Positions 12,801-28,186 of a DNA stretch of 64,000 nt are shown piece after piece. Both the position numbers and the translations under genes were made by a program. The notes beneath the pieces are model-generated. The model was given only the letters and a program-made list of their open reading frames with translations. It was not told where the DNA came from and did not search any database. This DNA is from Paragordius varius. Lineage: Eukaryota > Animalia > Nematomorpha. The stretch is from the NCBI GenBank assembly GCA_964247055.1, contig OZ176053.1, forward strand, positions 6,386,001 to 6,450,000, written 5' to 3'. Each line of letters starts with the position of its first letter. Position 1 is the stretch's first letter.

Positions 12801-15800
12801 TTCAATTTTTAATTCTAAATAGCTAATCCTATTATAGAGATCGCATAAAAATGCTTACACAAATTAAATTTTTGTTTGATATCTTAAATTTTTATTCTTA
12901 GCCACAAAAAATGTTTAATTTAATTTAAAACTTTTTTATACTTAAATAAAATTTTCATGTCATATGCCTGTTTATAGAAAATTTTCATAAAAATATTAAA
13001 AGAGGTAATTTTAAAAAGTATTTTATTTTTTTCTGGATATATTTTTCTTTACTTCACAGGAATTAGCCATTTTATTTTACAAAGCATAGAGATATATGAA
13101 ATATTTATGCAAATTTTAATATACGTATTTCATTGTATATAGCACGTTTAATTTATGCAAATATGTGTCTCCTAAGAGTTTTTTTTTAATTCTTATAAAG
13201 TCCTTTCATATTTATCCTTTTTGCCAATGATTAAAACTAAGAATTAATATTATTAAGCATTTAATTTTATTGAAATTTCGCTAAAAATAACACAACGTTT
13301 GTACCTCAAAAAGAATTGATTTGTCATATAAAACTTGTTTTATAATATAATCATAATGTTTATATTAATGTAACTTTTTCGGTGATGCGAACACCGTTAA
13401 CCATTTATATGTAATTGTTTAGCGATCATCAATCATTTATTACAAAATTTAATATGTTTCACTGAAATTATTATTAGATTTCTTTTAAAAAAATGGATAA
13501 AACATTGATATCTTAATTTATATATATAGAATATAATTATAAATTTACGCTTGTATGACGGTTTTGCCAATTGAAATGTCTAAATTTGTGTTTTACAACA
13601 ATGTTAAAAGTAAAAAGGTAATTCACATTTTTTTGTAACAAGGTTAAAATAGCATAAAAGCATTAGCGTATAAATTATGGCCTAAATGGATGGTTAAATT
13701 TTTGATATCCATAATTTATAACATTTCCAATTAATTTTAAAGAAAATTTATTTATATCTAAAAAATATCTAGTGAGCGAAAATTTTTCGTTGTATAAAAT
13801 TTTAATTAGATGTTTCTAATATGGCTTGGCTATAAATTAATTAAATTTTTATGTTTTTCTGTCTAAATTTAAACGCATTGCTACGGTAGGTATTGTAAAT
13901 CATGTGGTTTAACGGACTAGACTAGTCATAAGCTAGAAAAATAAAAAGCTTTTATCTTGCATGTATATGATATAAAAAGAAGATATAAAGATTTATTTTT
14001 TTACATAAATATCCACAGTTCAGCAGTATCTTTTGGTTGTTTATAAAATATTTAGCCAGGTTTTAGAGTTCTCTCCCTTTAATTTATAATTTTGATTTGA
14101 AAAATCGGCTTTCGCACAGTAATTAAATGTTAAATACTGTACAACTTACAAAATGTTTTATACATTAAAATATAAATCTTCTCGGCACATCTTTACGTTA
14201 AAGATGTGTTTAATAAGTATGCATAAACCTAGACTATTTAGTCTATTAAAAGAAAGTGATGTACTTTGTACAATTTGCCGATTCCAGATTTTTGGAAATA
14301 AATATAACCAAATAAGTTTATATTTATCTTACCGTATTTGCGGCAAAATATCATTGAACTTTATAATAAAAACAATTAAGCTGTCTGTTATATAGTATGG
14401 CTGGTTTATGAAAGAATGTTCACCGCCGAAAATAATTTTAACATTTTTTATGTACTTTTTTTTGATTCATTGTCAGAAACCCTTACCACATTTAATAATA
14501 AAATTTTATTTAGTTTTTTTATGCAAAATATTATTTTTTATTATTAATTTTTTTAAACATTATGATTTAAAACGAAGGTTTTTTCCGCATAGCAATGTAA
14601 TTTATTTTATATGTGAAAGCATAAAAAAATTTAGTAAAATAAAAAGTTGTAATAACTTTTTAAACCTATTTAAAGTTAATTTACGGGTTTGACCATGTAT
14701 ATGTTTTTACCTTGAGGAAATTAACTATATATATATATATATATAAACGATTTCCTTTATTTCAATCGATAACAAAAAACTTGTGAATTTTATTAAACCG
14801 TAACTTAAAAATATATATAAAGGTTGATTTTATTACATAAAAGGCTAAATTTAAATATTTATGTTTCTTAGGTATATCAAACGGTTTAAGAAGCTCAACA
14901 TTAAAGTCCTCAAAAATTGGTGCAAACAAATTCTGAAGGGCCTTAATTTTTTACACACCAGAGATCCGCCCATCATTCATCGAGATTTGAAGTGCGATAA
15001 CATCTTTATTACTGGGAATACGGGGTCAGTTAAAATCGGAGATTTGGGCCTCGCAACGCTCAAAAAATCTTCATTTGCTAAAAGTGTAATCGGTAAGTTA
15101 GCTCTTAGATTATTTTCAAAAATTATATTTAATTATAAATTGAAAATGCCCCATCATGTAATGTTACATTATCGTATGTTATTTTGGAAAACGTTTTTAT
15201 TTTTAAGTATTGACCCTTTTTTGAGTTAATTAACTAAAATCATTAATTATCTGTGTGTGTGTTAAATGAACTCAATTCGAATAGGGTTCAATTTTTTGAA
15301 TAAATAATTAATTATTTGTGTTTGTCTTAAATATTTGTTTCAATAATATTTTTATTTAAAAAAATTTTTTAAAAATTAAATTGAACACATACATTGTTTT
15401 AAAACGAACGTACTCAGAAAAATCAATTAGCACAGATGCTTAAAAACGATAATGGTAAAGATAACCATTACACATTTTCTCTCGTTACATTACCATGGTT
15501 TTTTACATAATATTTATAATGTTAAATTTAATGCACCATAAAAAATTTAACATGATCTTCAGACTGATAGATAGATAGTATTGATAAATATGTATAATTA
15601 TATCATTGTTGTTTTGTTATACGGAAATATAATTATTATATTTATTACCAGCCATTTTTTAATTCGCAGAGTTAAACATAATATTTTTTATGGAAAAGGC
15701 TAATTTTATAATTTTTGAATGATTATTACATAATACATAAAAGAGTCATATTATTGGTTTTTAAAATTATCAATCTACAGTATAAGAAACCAATATTCAT

Positions 15801-18800
15801 ACTTATATATTATTTATCTTTTATATGCACCATATTAATATTTCATGACCTTTTTGTCCGCGATGACATATTGGGTTAGTTTTATATCCCCGAACTCAAT
15901 CTTGTAAATAAACTACTGTTTTGAAAGTTATTTTACTAAAAATTTAATTATCACACATTGTTATCATCCTGTATTTGATAAAAAAGCTTTTAGTTTTTAC
16001 AGGTTTGTAACTTCCAGACTCTAAAATCGGTACAGCTTCAAAACACACTTGAAATAAACAGCTGATTATAAAATTAATAAATATCAAGCTTTTGCTGGTC
16101 AAATGCAACCTGAAAGCTTTTTAAGGTTAATTATTTAACCATAATAAATTCATAGAAAAAATAGCGGCCAAAAAGGATGTAGATTTTTTTATTTTTTATG
16201 AAAATTCGTATAATCGGGCTAAAGAAAGCATATTTTAAATTCGGATTAATACCTGATATATAAATTGCTCTGGGATGGATATAAAATTACCCCAAAAAGG
16301 CATAAAGTGTTAAGGACCCTTTTACCCAAAATGGCTTTTTACTGTATATACTCAATTATTAAATCTTCATATAAATTTTATTTTTAATTTTTGGTGAGAA
16401 TCCGTTAGTTTTATATATGTTAACTTTTTAATTTTTATACCCTTCTGCACCTTAATCAATCTTAATATAGCAAAATAATTGCATAATGTGTAGGTCATTT
16501 CAGATAAATATATTTAGTGGTGAAATAATTTGGTGGAAAACAACAAATATCGATATTTTTTTGATAACACATTATAATCTATAAGTAAATGTAATTATTG
16601 CCTATGCAGTTAATGAATGTTTGTTATGGATTTTAGCATGTCTGTATATACAAACATATCCTTAATAGAATAGATATGCTACTATGGTAAATTCATACAG
16701 GTTAGGAAGATGTTTAATACAATTTATGAATAAAAAGTTAAACAATGTGTGTAAACAAAAAGGTAGACTTACTATTTTGCGTTTTTATTACATTTACCTA
16801 ATTTACAATTACAACATTTTATTACTCTAATGTTGAACTTTACACAAAATAATTCAATATATAGTACAAAAATAAAAATGCACATATATGATGGAAATAG
16901 AATAATTTATGCAATATATTTTTCGTTTAAGTTTGAAACAATTTAATAATAATATAAGTTTTTAGTAATAAGTCAACCATTTTATGTTAACTTATTTGGA
17001 CCTTATGAAAAAATAACTATTGTTTTGTAGGCACACCCGAATTCATGGCACCCGAGATGTACGAGGAACACTATGATGAAAGTGTTGATATTTACGCCTT
17101 TGGAATGTGCTTGCTAGAGATGGCTACCGGAGAATACCCATATTCTGAATGTCAAAATGCCGCGCAAATTTACAAACGAGTGACCACGGTATTAATCATT
17201 TTTTTCTTCATAATTTTATATTATATATATGATAAAGAGCCGTATAAGTTGTTTTAATGTAGTAATAAGAAAAATTGGAGATGTCACTTTTCTGTCTCTA
17301 GTTTCGATTTCACGTTATTTTTATAAAATGGATAAAATGTATCGTTTTAAGTACTCTTTTGTAAAAATGCAGATTCCATACATGTCAAATTGTTAAAATT
17401 GTTACTTTACCATAACTCAGCCACAAAATTTAAACATTAAACGCTAATTATATATATATATATATGCAATTTTTTAAATTTTATTGGACCGCTAGGAACT
17501 ACTGCTCTATTTTTCAAAGTTTTAGAACCGTTTTTAGAATTAATTTTATATCAAAAACGGTGTAATGGTTTTTGTTACCTTATAACGCTCAATCCCTGGT
17601 TATGTTTCTTTATTATAAATTATGATTTTTTAGCCAATAATGTTGCTTTTTTCAAAAGGGCGTGTCATTAATTAATTTTTCTTTTGTTTGATGATAGGGC
17701 GTTAAACCCGCTGCTTTGGACAAAGTCGAGTTAGCTCCGTTACGCGAAATCATTCAAGGTTGCATTGATGTTAAATGTGATAAACGATACACGGCCAAAA
17801 GTCTCCTCAATCATGAGTTATTTATGGAAGACTGTGGATTTAAGGTATTTAATTTATCATAAAACTCTATTATAATTATATTTATACCATTAACAGTTTA
17901 AATTCACCCTTGAACAATTTAAATCACGCTAAAATAAATTATTTGTTTTTTAAGATAAAAATTACCTTTTTTAGAATATTTTAAAATACAAACGTTTGCT
18001 AATAATGCTTAAAAAATAATAAACTATGTCGTAAAAATATATAATGAGTTATATTATCCCGAAAAAACATAATTTATTGTTAGGGTGAATTTGAATTAGG
18101 GGTGAATTCGAATTATAAATGGTATATATAGATAAAGCTATCATATAAATTTTTTTGTTAATCAATCTTCTGGTCAATTTTTTTTCCGTAAACTAAATGG
18201 GTGAAGGAAATATATAAGGTTATCATCCTACAAAATATCTGATAGTCTCGTTTAAAATTTAGGATGTAATTCCTATTTCTATGTTTTCCAATGGTTAGAT
18301 TGAATTGGTTTCAACGGAAGAAAAAACAACTGTTGATATGGTTAATCTTCAAGTTTTGGATGCTAGTAATAACAACATCACATCTTCCAACAACATCAAC
18401 CCTATGCCAATTAATCCGTCTAGCCCAAGTTTTAATAATGCGAATACTGTTACATCTCTGAATGCGATAACTGAAACCGCTCAGGTGATATTGGAAGGAA
18501 ATAGTGAACCAACCTCCTCTCAACATAACAATATTAACAACAATATTGTTGTAAATAGTATTACTGAAAATGGGTCCAACTTAAGCGACAATCGTGTCGT
18601 AAAATCTCTTTCCAACATGGAAAATCCAGCGCTGAATGGTGGCGTTATTGCTAATAACTCAATTACATCACTTCAAAAAGGTTTGGTACTTCAACTAAGG
18701 TTACATGTCGTAAATCCTACCAAACGAAAGGATAAATGTAAAAATAATGAAGCCATACAATTTGACTTTGATGTTCAACAAGATAATGCATTGGAAGTTG

Positions 18801-21800
18801 CACAAGAAATGGTAAATTTTATTATAAAATAATTAATATTATATGATGAAGTTTTGGTTTGGTTGTTTATAACTCTTGATGCGCAAATTTTTTTCCATGA
18901 AGGAATATATTTACCATATCTTTGCATTGTTTGGCAGTTAAACTACACTGCGCAAAGTTAATTTTATTCAATGTTATAAGAATAATGAGGGAGCTTTGTT
19001 TGAATACATTTTTATCTTTATATTAATTGTTTCAACTATGTATATATATAGGCCAGTTCTGGGTTCTTTCAAGAGGACATGGAGAATATTCGAAGTGTTG
19101 CTAAACTGATTCGGGAACGAGTTGCTTCAGTCGTAAAAGAAATTCAGCAACGCGATAAAGAGGAACATAATCAAACACAACAGTCTCAATTAACGGCAAT
19201 CGTTAATCAAACTCCCATAACTCAACCAGTTAAATCAAACGCTGTTTCTCAATCACAACCCCAATCTCAAATCTCTTTAGCATCACAACACAGTGATTTA
19301 GTGAATAATGAAGAAAGCAGTAGAAATGTGGCAAAAAGCGTTAATACCATCAATGATTTAGATCTTGCAGGAACTTCTCAAACCGTCGATGATGAAATGG
19401 AACCAAAAGGATCAACTTTAACCAGTAATAATGCAATTTCTAGGGATAATACCCATCAAACCACCCCATTATATATTACGACTTCAACTAGTGTTTTGAC
19501 AGCCCAAATCATACATAATGTCGGTACATCTCTTAATGTATCTACCCTCACCAATGAAAATAATACTTTCCCTTCAATTAATGGTAAAACTGGCAATGAA
19601 ACTACTATTGCATTATCCGAGACTTGTAATAAAGAAAAGTTTGATACTTCCACCCTCTCCACCCAAAATGTGTTATTAAATGCGGCACAAATCGTACAAG
19701 ATTTACTGTTATCTGATGAGGTGGTTTTTATTTGTTGATCGATACATTTTTTGTATTCACTACTCTTATAATCACTCATTCTTTTAATATGGCTCTTTTA
19801 AATATCATCTACAAGAAATTATCTTAAGTTGAATATCTTGCACTTTTTCTGCAAATTATTTTTTAGGATATATTGCTTAAAGTCACATATTTTTGCACGA
19901 ATTAACTAGTTTCTGAATATATACCATTTCCAGTTAAGTTCGTCCTAATTCAATGATTGAAAAGGGACGAACCTGAAATGCAAAACTATTTATTAAATAT
20001 TTATTAAATTGATGTAGATTAAATGGAAAGAAATATAATAAAACTATTAAACATAATTTAAATTATCAAAACGTTCATGCTGTGTGTAAACCATGTATTT
20101 ATCACTACTTTTGGTTTATTATAAAATGGATAAATATTTTAATTTTGATTCTATTTTATGCTCGTTTTATTTAGCAACATTCTACCGAAAACATTCCCAA
20201 TGTTCGTAAAAATTTAACTAATAACCCTCCACCAAATACTGTTCATGTTAATTCAGTGGCCAAAATTTATGAAACCTCAACTCTTGAGCAACTTGGTCGC
20301 GTTGATCATGTTAATTATATCGTACCTGTTCCTGTTATAGTCCCTTCTCACCTTTTCTCATCTATACCGACCGTATTGAATCCCATCATTGAGGGTATAT
20401 ATATACATCATTATAATACACAAAACATAACTTACTTATAATTTGGTTTCAAAAAAATTAATTTGAACCTTGATTTTTTTCCATATATTTTTTATCAATG
20501 TGATATATTGAGAATGTATTATCAATATCTCTATAAAAAATATGGTATTTTCTATAAAAAAATCTTTTACTTTTATTTTTATCATCCTCTATTATCATTA
20601 TTTTTCATCTCAACATATATTCTTTTAGAATCACCTGAAAGCCCAACACCTGATACTGTCCCTCACACGCCTAAAGAATCGGTACATTTATATCTTATAA
20701 TATGTAATGGAGTTTTTTATAAATATTTTTATTAAATTAAGTATCATTTATTCTATTATCATCATATAATTTATTTTTATGTAAAAGATAATCACTGAAG
20801 ATATTGTTAAAACTGAAACAAATCCTCCACCTCCTTATTCAGATTCTGAGTACACGGATTCAGCGGTTTCCTTTGACAGGTTTCAAATATAATTATCAAG
20901 TTTTAATAATAAAACATTGAGCACTATTTTATAATTAATTTAAATCAGTTTTTATTTTTTATAACGAGCGCTAAAAAACTGTTTTCAACTCATTCCACCT
21001 TGCCATTTGATCAATCTCTTTTATTTTTAATAAACTTTACGCTATTTTTTAATTGTTAGGCCCGTATTCTAGTTAGACATTTTTAGAATTCAATCTATTA
21101 TTATAAGGAATGTTTTTATTAATTAGTTAACTAATTTCTCTTCTTATAGTCAAAAATCATCCAATAAAGACATTGCCCTTGACAATCAAACTACCTTTAA
21201 TTCAACAAACATCCAGAATACCAATTTGAACACAGCGTATTTATTATTTTTCTTTTAATATATTTTACAATTACAATATGATTTCAGATTCAAAATAATT
21301 TTTGCCAAAAACCGTAACTATTATTAAATATTAGGGGTGTTTCTAGTCAAACGATAATTATTTTTAATAGCGTTCAATACCTTTTTTTATTTTGGAGGGA
21401 GAAAATTTATACAAACATCATTCAAAATTATTCAACTACTATGTACTAATCACTTATATGCTAAACTAAAGATAAATACCATATTACAACATTTTTTCCA
21501 TATATTATACAATATTTTAGCGTTGCACATTCACAAAGTGGTACTTCAACGCCTTCAATAATGCAATTACCGACTGGGATTTCAGCTTGTCTTTTACCAA
21601 AACTTGGTGTTCTAAATTATGACCGAGATAACGGTTTGATTGAATTGGTTTTAGAGTGTGTGAACGATATTACTGGCAAACAAATTACCACGACGTTTGA
21701 ATTTACACCTGATGCAACAGATCCACAAGATATTGCTTCGAATTTGGTAAAACGCTTAAAAATTTTATTTGGTCGTCACAATTAAGTATTAGTGAATTTT

Positions 21801-24800
21801 TATTTTGAAAAAATATGGTTTTTTTAAAAAAAATCTTATTGACTTTCCCGTGAAAATGTTTGTTTATAAATGATTTTTTACACTTAACCAAAATTTTAAA
21901 TCTCATATTTATATATATACATCAACCATTGTATTTTTCATTGATGTTTTTATTTTGATAATACGTTATATTAATAATTAAAATTCTATATTATTTGATT
22001 GGCGATCAGGTCGCTTTTGGTTTGAACAAAAATAATTTATGATAACTTTATATTTTTTACTAAAAACTGTTTTGGATTAAATCAGACACGTCAAAAAATT
22101 GGCTTATTAGTTAAAATATATAATATATGGCTGTTTACTTTGTGCATAATTTTAAAGTAAGAGTGCCAAATTAGACCAAATTTTATTATACATATACTCA
22201 CATATTTTTAGATTCAACAAAATCTTTTATCATCGCTACATTTTGACACGTTTATCAAAGATCTGATAAAATTGGTAGAGAAGGTTAAGATAAACGAACA
22301 AAACCAAATTTTTACAACATCGCAACCTCAAATTATGGATAAAAATTTGGAAAATTCTTCTACCACAGAATCAAGACCCTTATCGGTAATTGTAATTATA
22401 TTAGATTTACCTTGTATTTTCTTTATTTAATGATTCAAACCTTATTTTAAATATTTTGATAAAGTTTTCTAGCGGCTTTTAATTCATGATAAACAATGAA
22501 CATTTATTAATGTTATCTTTAATTATTAAATATTTTAAATTTATCCAATTTTATATTTTTTTTAACCAATAGCGACTCTCCAATAAGGCAATCGTAACAC
22601 CACCTATTCCCTCGTCCCCTCATCCCTATTCATTAAACGAGGAGAAATATACTCTTTCCGACACAAAAAATGAAATGGTTAAACAACCTATAAAACCTGC
22701 TGTAAATCATTCCAATGTGAAAGAAACTGAAAATAATGTTTCCATTGAACCACCCCCACCACTAAAGGTTAATTTAGAGTTCACGTATGAAAACAAACCA
22801 ACAGAAAAAACTAGTATTATTACGCCTCCCGATGCTATGATATCCAATCTTTCATCCAAAGATGGTACACATGCACAATCTCTCATCATTAAACAACAAA
22901 CGGACGACAATATCGCCTCAACTGATTATCATTTCAGTCACAGGAATAGTGCACCGGCTAATGATTCAAATGTTAATCCCGTTGTAATTAGTACGCTTGA
23001 AACCTCTAAAGAAGACAATACCAACAATAATGTACCAATCATTAATTTAACGTTGCAAAAGGACGTTTTGATGACCAAAGTAGCCGTCCAAAAGTTACAA
23101 GAAAAATTGGAGGAACTTCAAGCCCAAATTGATACTTCAACCCTTAATTTGAACAATCAAACAGCAGTAGCAAATGCCCCCAAGGGCTCGAGTATTACAC
23201 ATTCAAACGCACAATCAGTCCTAGGATCCCAGCATTCTATAAACTCTCATTATCAACCAGTTACTAAGGTGGTTGTTGTTATATTTTTAGTTAAATTTTT
23301 TGTTTTTCTTTCATTGTTTAATAAATATTTTTTATGTAGGAAACCGTTGCTAACACCCAAAACTTTGATCATGCCTTATTAGAAAGTGTACCCTCAACCA
23401 CTGTATCACTGACTAATAATCAACCTTCCACACTGACTGATAGTAACACTACTATGAATATGTCACAATCTACTCTGGCTTCTTACAGTTTAAAGGAATC
23501 GGTTATGTCCTCGATGCCGCCTTATGCATCTCACCGAAATTCATTTTCCGGTACTACGATTAACAAAGTATCATCCTCCCAAACGAATGATAACGCCATA
23601 GTTGCTAATCCCTTATCAGTGAATGATTTTGGGATAAAAAATTTGACCAATAACTATAATAGTTTTTACAGTTTACCAACAAACGGAACTAATATGCCGT
23701 ATCCCAATGATAATTCAATGTTCCCAAGGAGTGTTGAAAATCAATCATCCTACATGTCTCATGCCTATGGAGGAATGAATATGAACATTGCCCCGTACGG
23801 ACCACCCGGTTTTTATTCTATGGCCCCGGGTCCATTTGGTATGAGTGGTGGAGGAGGAGGGGGAGGTGTAAATCAAGTTGGTGGTCCACCCTTCTACTAT
23901 CCCCCTAATCAACAGTCACAGTGCGATAATCGTGGATCAATGTATCCATATTTAGGGGGACCATGTACGACCACAGGTATTGGAAATGCTATGGCGGGGT
24001 CTGTACCCACGCTTCCACTTTTACCCATGACACCATACTTTTGGGCCGGTCCTAGCATATACCCCCCTAATGGACCGGGTGGTCTTATGTTTCCAGCCGC
24101 TCCTGGTCCCCTGACTGCACAACAACCCTATTACAATGGCGGACCTTTTGGATGGCACCACCAGCAACACATGATGCCTCCTCAATACCAATCCCATCAT
24201 AACAATTTTTTTCCACCGGGTTATTTGCCAAACGGTCAATCCCCCTACTATTATCCATTTCAACATCCTCCACAATATGTACCAAATCCCTCGCTCCAAA
24301 CCTCTTCAGCCGGTATTCAAAATGAACGCTTAGACGAGGATGAATATACCGAAGTTATGGAGAATGTTTTAAATCGCAATGACTCTGTTACATCAAAACA
24401 TTTACAGGATGCACCTATTGTATCTTATTCGAGCGCATGTATTAAACCAAACATTCCACCAATAAGTAATAAAACTGCCATGGTATATCATGGGACGCGT
24501 TCCTTAATCCTCCCTAGCGCAAAGGAAACCACAAATAATAACATTCATAAGAAAATATCCGTACATGACAATAACAAAAATAGTCAAAATGGCAATCCCA
24601 ACGAACTAGGTTCTCCACGCAAACCAAAAGATGAAAATAATCCTGACTTAGAAATGCTCAATAATAATTTACACAAGGTGTTTAATATATCGGAACAAAC
24701 TAAACAACATGCTGATCGCTATAAGCCCAAGGTAGAAATTGATTTCAAAAAAGCATCCTTGCCAATATTAACTAAGTTTAACAAAAACCCATCAGAATTA

Positions 24801-27800
24801 ATGAGAGATGTCTTATATGATTCATGTAATATTGCCTTAAAGCGTTGTGATTCCCCTACAATACATGTATCATCAAATCAAATTTTATCAAACGAAGCAT
24901 CTATAGATACCAAAAATGTTAATATAACGATTTCTTGTCAAACATGTTCTGTTGTCTCTACTTTCATATCTCAAACAACGACACGAATGGGACGATTTTT
25001 AATTTGTAACAATACAAAAAACGATGATAGTATACAAAAACCAAATATTTTACAATCCATACCAACTACCCAACCTATCGCGTTAAGTTTGGATTTTCAA
25101 AATGTTCATTATGCGCAATCTAATGTTAATCAAGAAGATAAGCAAAACATTTATGATGCATACATGGAATCTGTTAATGAATTTGATAAAGAGAAGGTAT
25201 TTTTTAGGAGATATAAATGAAATGATCAAATAGCATTTTTGACTATTAAATTAATTTATTTTTAAAACGTATGTATGTTAGCAACATGCGATAAAAAAGG
25301 ATTTTCACCAAAAATGCAAATCTTGATATAAAATTTATTTTTTCTATGCAAATGCTTACGTGGAAGTTAATATTATTTAAGTTAATATAAAAACAAGTCT
25401 TAAAAATTAATTTTATAAATTTTACGATTGATTAGCTTTAAGACAATCTCGATAACTCATTTATTATCACACAAGTCACTTTTATATCTTTATAAGGATG
25501 TCATGCAATATTTTAATAATTTTTTATGATTAAACATTTATATATATGTGTGTGTTAAGGATGAATCTTCCCTATTTTCCATACACTCAAGTCCATTCTC
25601 AATTAGTAGAGGGAGTCGGAGTAGTTGTAGCAGTGAAACCCGGAGCCTAACCTCTCACAATAGCAGCGGCAAGGAAGATGGCGATTTTCATAAAAAAATA
25701 TTTAACATTGAGCGTAGTCCTCATTCACACAGATTTAATCATTCACATGAAAAGAATGATATGCATGCAAGTTGCAATAATCACAAGAATAATAAAAATA
25801 ATAACAAACTGGATGTGTTTTTTGCCCCCTTAGGAAACAACTATGAGTTTGACCTTCCAGACGTACGAACATTAGATGAGGATGATGATTTGAATATATT
25901 GGGAGGCTCGAATCAAGGTTCCTTCGATTATTATCTGCATGAACGGAAAACCTCTAGTGCCATCCCTCCTCAAAACCTAACAAAAACATTTTATAATGGC
26001 TCCCATCAACAATCCACTTCCAAAAAACACAGTACTACACCATCCTTTAAACATGTTGCAAATCGCATTCATCACCATAACTATTCGAAAAAGCGTTACA
26101 ATATTCATAAAAATAAAAATTATGCTTGTGTCACTCAATCTCAGAGCCAAAACGTATCCTCCATGTTTGAGAATCGGTATATGTATGCACCAATACAAAT
26201 TGAAAGCAAAATGCAATCTTTAGAGCATAATGGTCAAAATAACCAGCAGAAGGATGCGCAGTATGCAGTGTACTCGAAACCAACTTCCATTTCCAGTCAA
26301 TCTATAGATTTGGATAATCGCTTAAAACAGCAAAAATATATTGGAAACGCAACGGAAAAAAATAATTTGTTGCTACCACGCAATATGCATTATCGGAATA
26401 GCCCATTATGTTTTACCAATGGAAACGTACAACTAACAAACAACAATTTTAACGATATATTTCAATCATCATTCCTCGGCAATTCCGTTAATAATTCTCT
26501 ATCATTGGCATCAACTAGAAATATGAAATCTAGTGATAGAAGTTTAGTTAAATCATCTACAAGTGGTCCTAATAACATGACAAAAGTTACGCGACCATCT
26601 TTACCCTTTACCAGTTGTTTCCTAATGGTTAATCCATGCAAAAGCAGCACTGTACTAAGCGAAGATGAATTTCTTTCATCTGACGGTTTCTTGAAAGAAA
26701 TCTCGAATGTTAATACTGCTAACATCATTAAAACAAAAAGAGTTGGAGAGGAATGTATTAAAAACTACAAGACTCATATAAAAAGCCAAAATCATTACAC
26801 CATAAACAGTACCACTCTTTCGTCAAACACCCCATACAATACTATACATAATTCAATGGTTCACCATAATAATACGGGAGATAATTTTCAGCCAAAGACT
26901 GGTAGTGTACTTTTGGGCGTTCGATGGTGTAAAAGTGAAGAAAATTTGAAGAAATTAGCTCAACTCTATGACAAAACCGTTTCCAAATATAGTCGCTTGC
27001 AACCGATTGAAAGAGCCTTAGATACAATGTGTTCTATTGCTCAATGTGATTTACATAAAATCTCACCGGATGATCATGTTAATGGTTATGTGCCCAACGC
27101 TAATTTCATTATTTCCAATCATTTTGATCGGAGTTCCTCTCCCATTCACAACAATGTTAGGCCAAGTGAAACAGATAGTAAACCGTTTACGCTATGTTTA
27201 AAGGGCGATGATAATGATAATAAAAATATGGAAAGCACCACCAATCATCCACAGATTCCTTTTTCAAATCAAAACCATCATATAGCTGCAAATAATTACA
27301 TTCCTTCGTATGACGAAGATAGCGGTCAATATGGATTTGGTAGTCCGAATTCATACGACTTCAATAATAACAATAATGCAAACAACAGCAGTCCATCTCA
27401 AATGTGTCCAGTAGCTTATCAACGTTCAGCATTAATGGATGGGAACAATAATATAATTTCGACAAATATGTTTGGCCATCAACATGGACGATACAGGGCT
27501 TCGGATCATCAATCCCATTTCTGTAACTCTTGCCGCAATAAGGTATGGTGGTCAAAATCAACTATACATCAATTTTTTTGAATAAAATATCGAAATTTAT
27601 GCGTTAGCTAAATGCCGTTTAATATTTCAAAACAGTATTCTTTCAATTAGTTAAATATGATTTGTACAGTAAAAATTAATTTTAAGACAAAACGTAACAA
27701 CTTATGGATAAATATTTTTTTTTAAAAAGACAGCCATACTTTTATAATAATATTTATTAGCCGAAATGATAACAATGATTAAGAGTGTTATTTCATTTGT

Positions 27801-28186
27801 ATCAACCTTAAAACAAATTAAATAAAATAAATAAGGTTGAAAAAATAAGAGTCTTTAAAAAATATTTGTCTTAATTTTTATTGTATATGTGTCTTTAGTT
27901 AATAACAACGGAAGCTAACTCAAAAAGGCCCCTTTATCTTGAAGATTACGAAGATTATGATGAAAATTATCAAAAACTGTTATCAAGGTATGAATATTTA
28001 TATTGTAAATCTTTTGGTATTTTTCGTAAAAAATTGTTATATTTTCCACATAGACACAAAGCTGAACTTGCCATTATGCTTTACAAACAACAAACAGAAA
28101 TTGAACAGTATAAACACCTTAGATCGTATTATAAATTATTTGCTCCAACATCGCCTCCAAATAAGTTTGACACAAACGGATTCTAA
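6846..28186 (+). CDS. WNK: WNK (With-No-lysine K) serine/threonine kinase, 18 exons, about 2797 aa
   Basis: [11 protein letters not shown] (catalytic Lys in subdomain I), VAWCELQ (Cys replacing the subdomain II Lys), [18 protein letters not shown], activation loop [19 protein letters not shown]1 motif EAIQFDFD, a CCT2-like segment, GRFLI (RFx[VI]) and a C-terminal coiled coil [22 protein letters not shown]. Exons: 6846-7748, 9197-9369, 14872-15092, 17031-17188, 17698-17844, 18299-18811, 19052-19720, 20175-20394, 20629-20681, 20788-20879, 21150-21236, 21521-21746, 22212-22385, 22573-23268, 23340-25196, 25560-27542, 27899-27987, 28054-28186. All introns are GT-AG with consistent phases (8394 nt in total). 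Small exons in the low-complexity region are less certain. Confidence 0.95.
14726..14745. repeat. (TA)n microsatellite
   Basis: TA run in WNK intron 2. Similar runs occur at about 17450-17465 and 52698-52727. Confidence 0.85.
17885..18124. mobile_element. Small TA-flanked foldback element (TACCATT termini) in WNK intron 5
   Basis: TA|TACCATTAACAG...AATTCACCCT on the left mirrors AGGGTGAATT...AAATGGTA|TA on the right. Same family as 50705-50939 and 57885-58213. Confidence 0.75.

Noticed and set aside
23269-23290. GT...AG at exactly 22 nt at the start of WNK intron 14
   Set aside because: Using this AG shifts the frame and gives a stop within about 20 codons, whereas the acceptor at 23339 keeps the frame. 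An AG at this distance is expected by chance in a few of about 50 introns.
24021-24299. Antisense ORFs over WNK, shn and other coding exons (e.g. 24021-24299, 26462-26728, 41215-41670, 42592-42993)
   Set aside because: These are shadow frames of real + strand exons with no independent homology.
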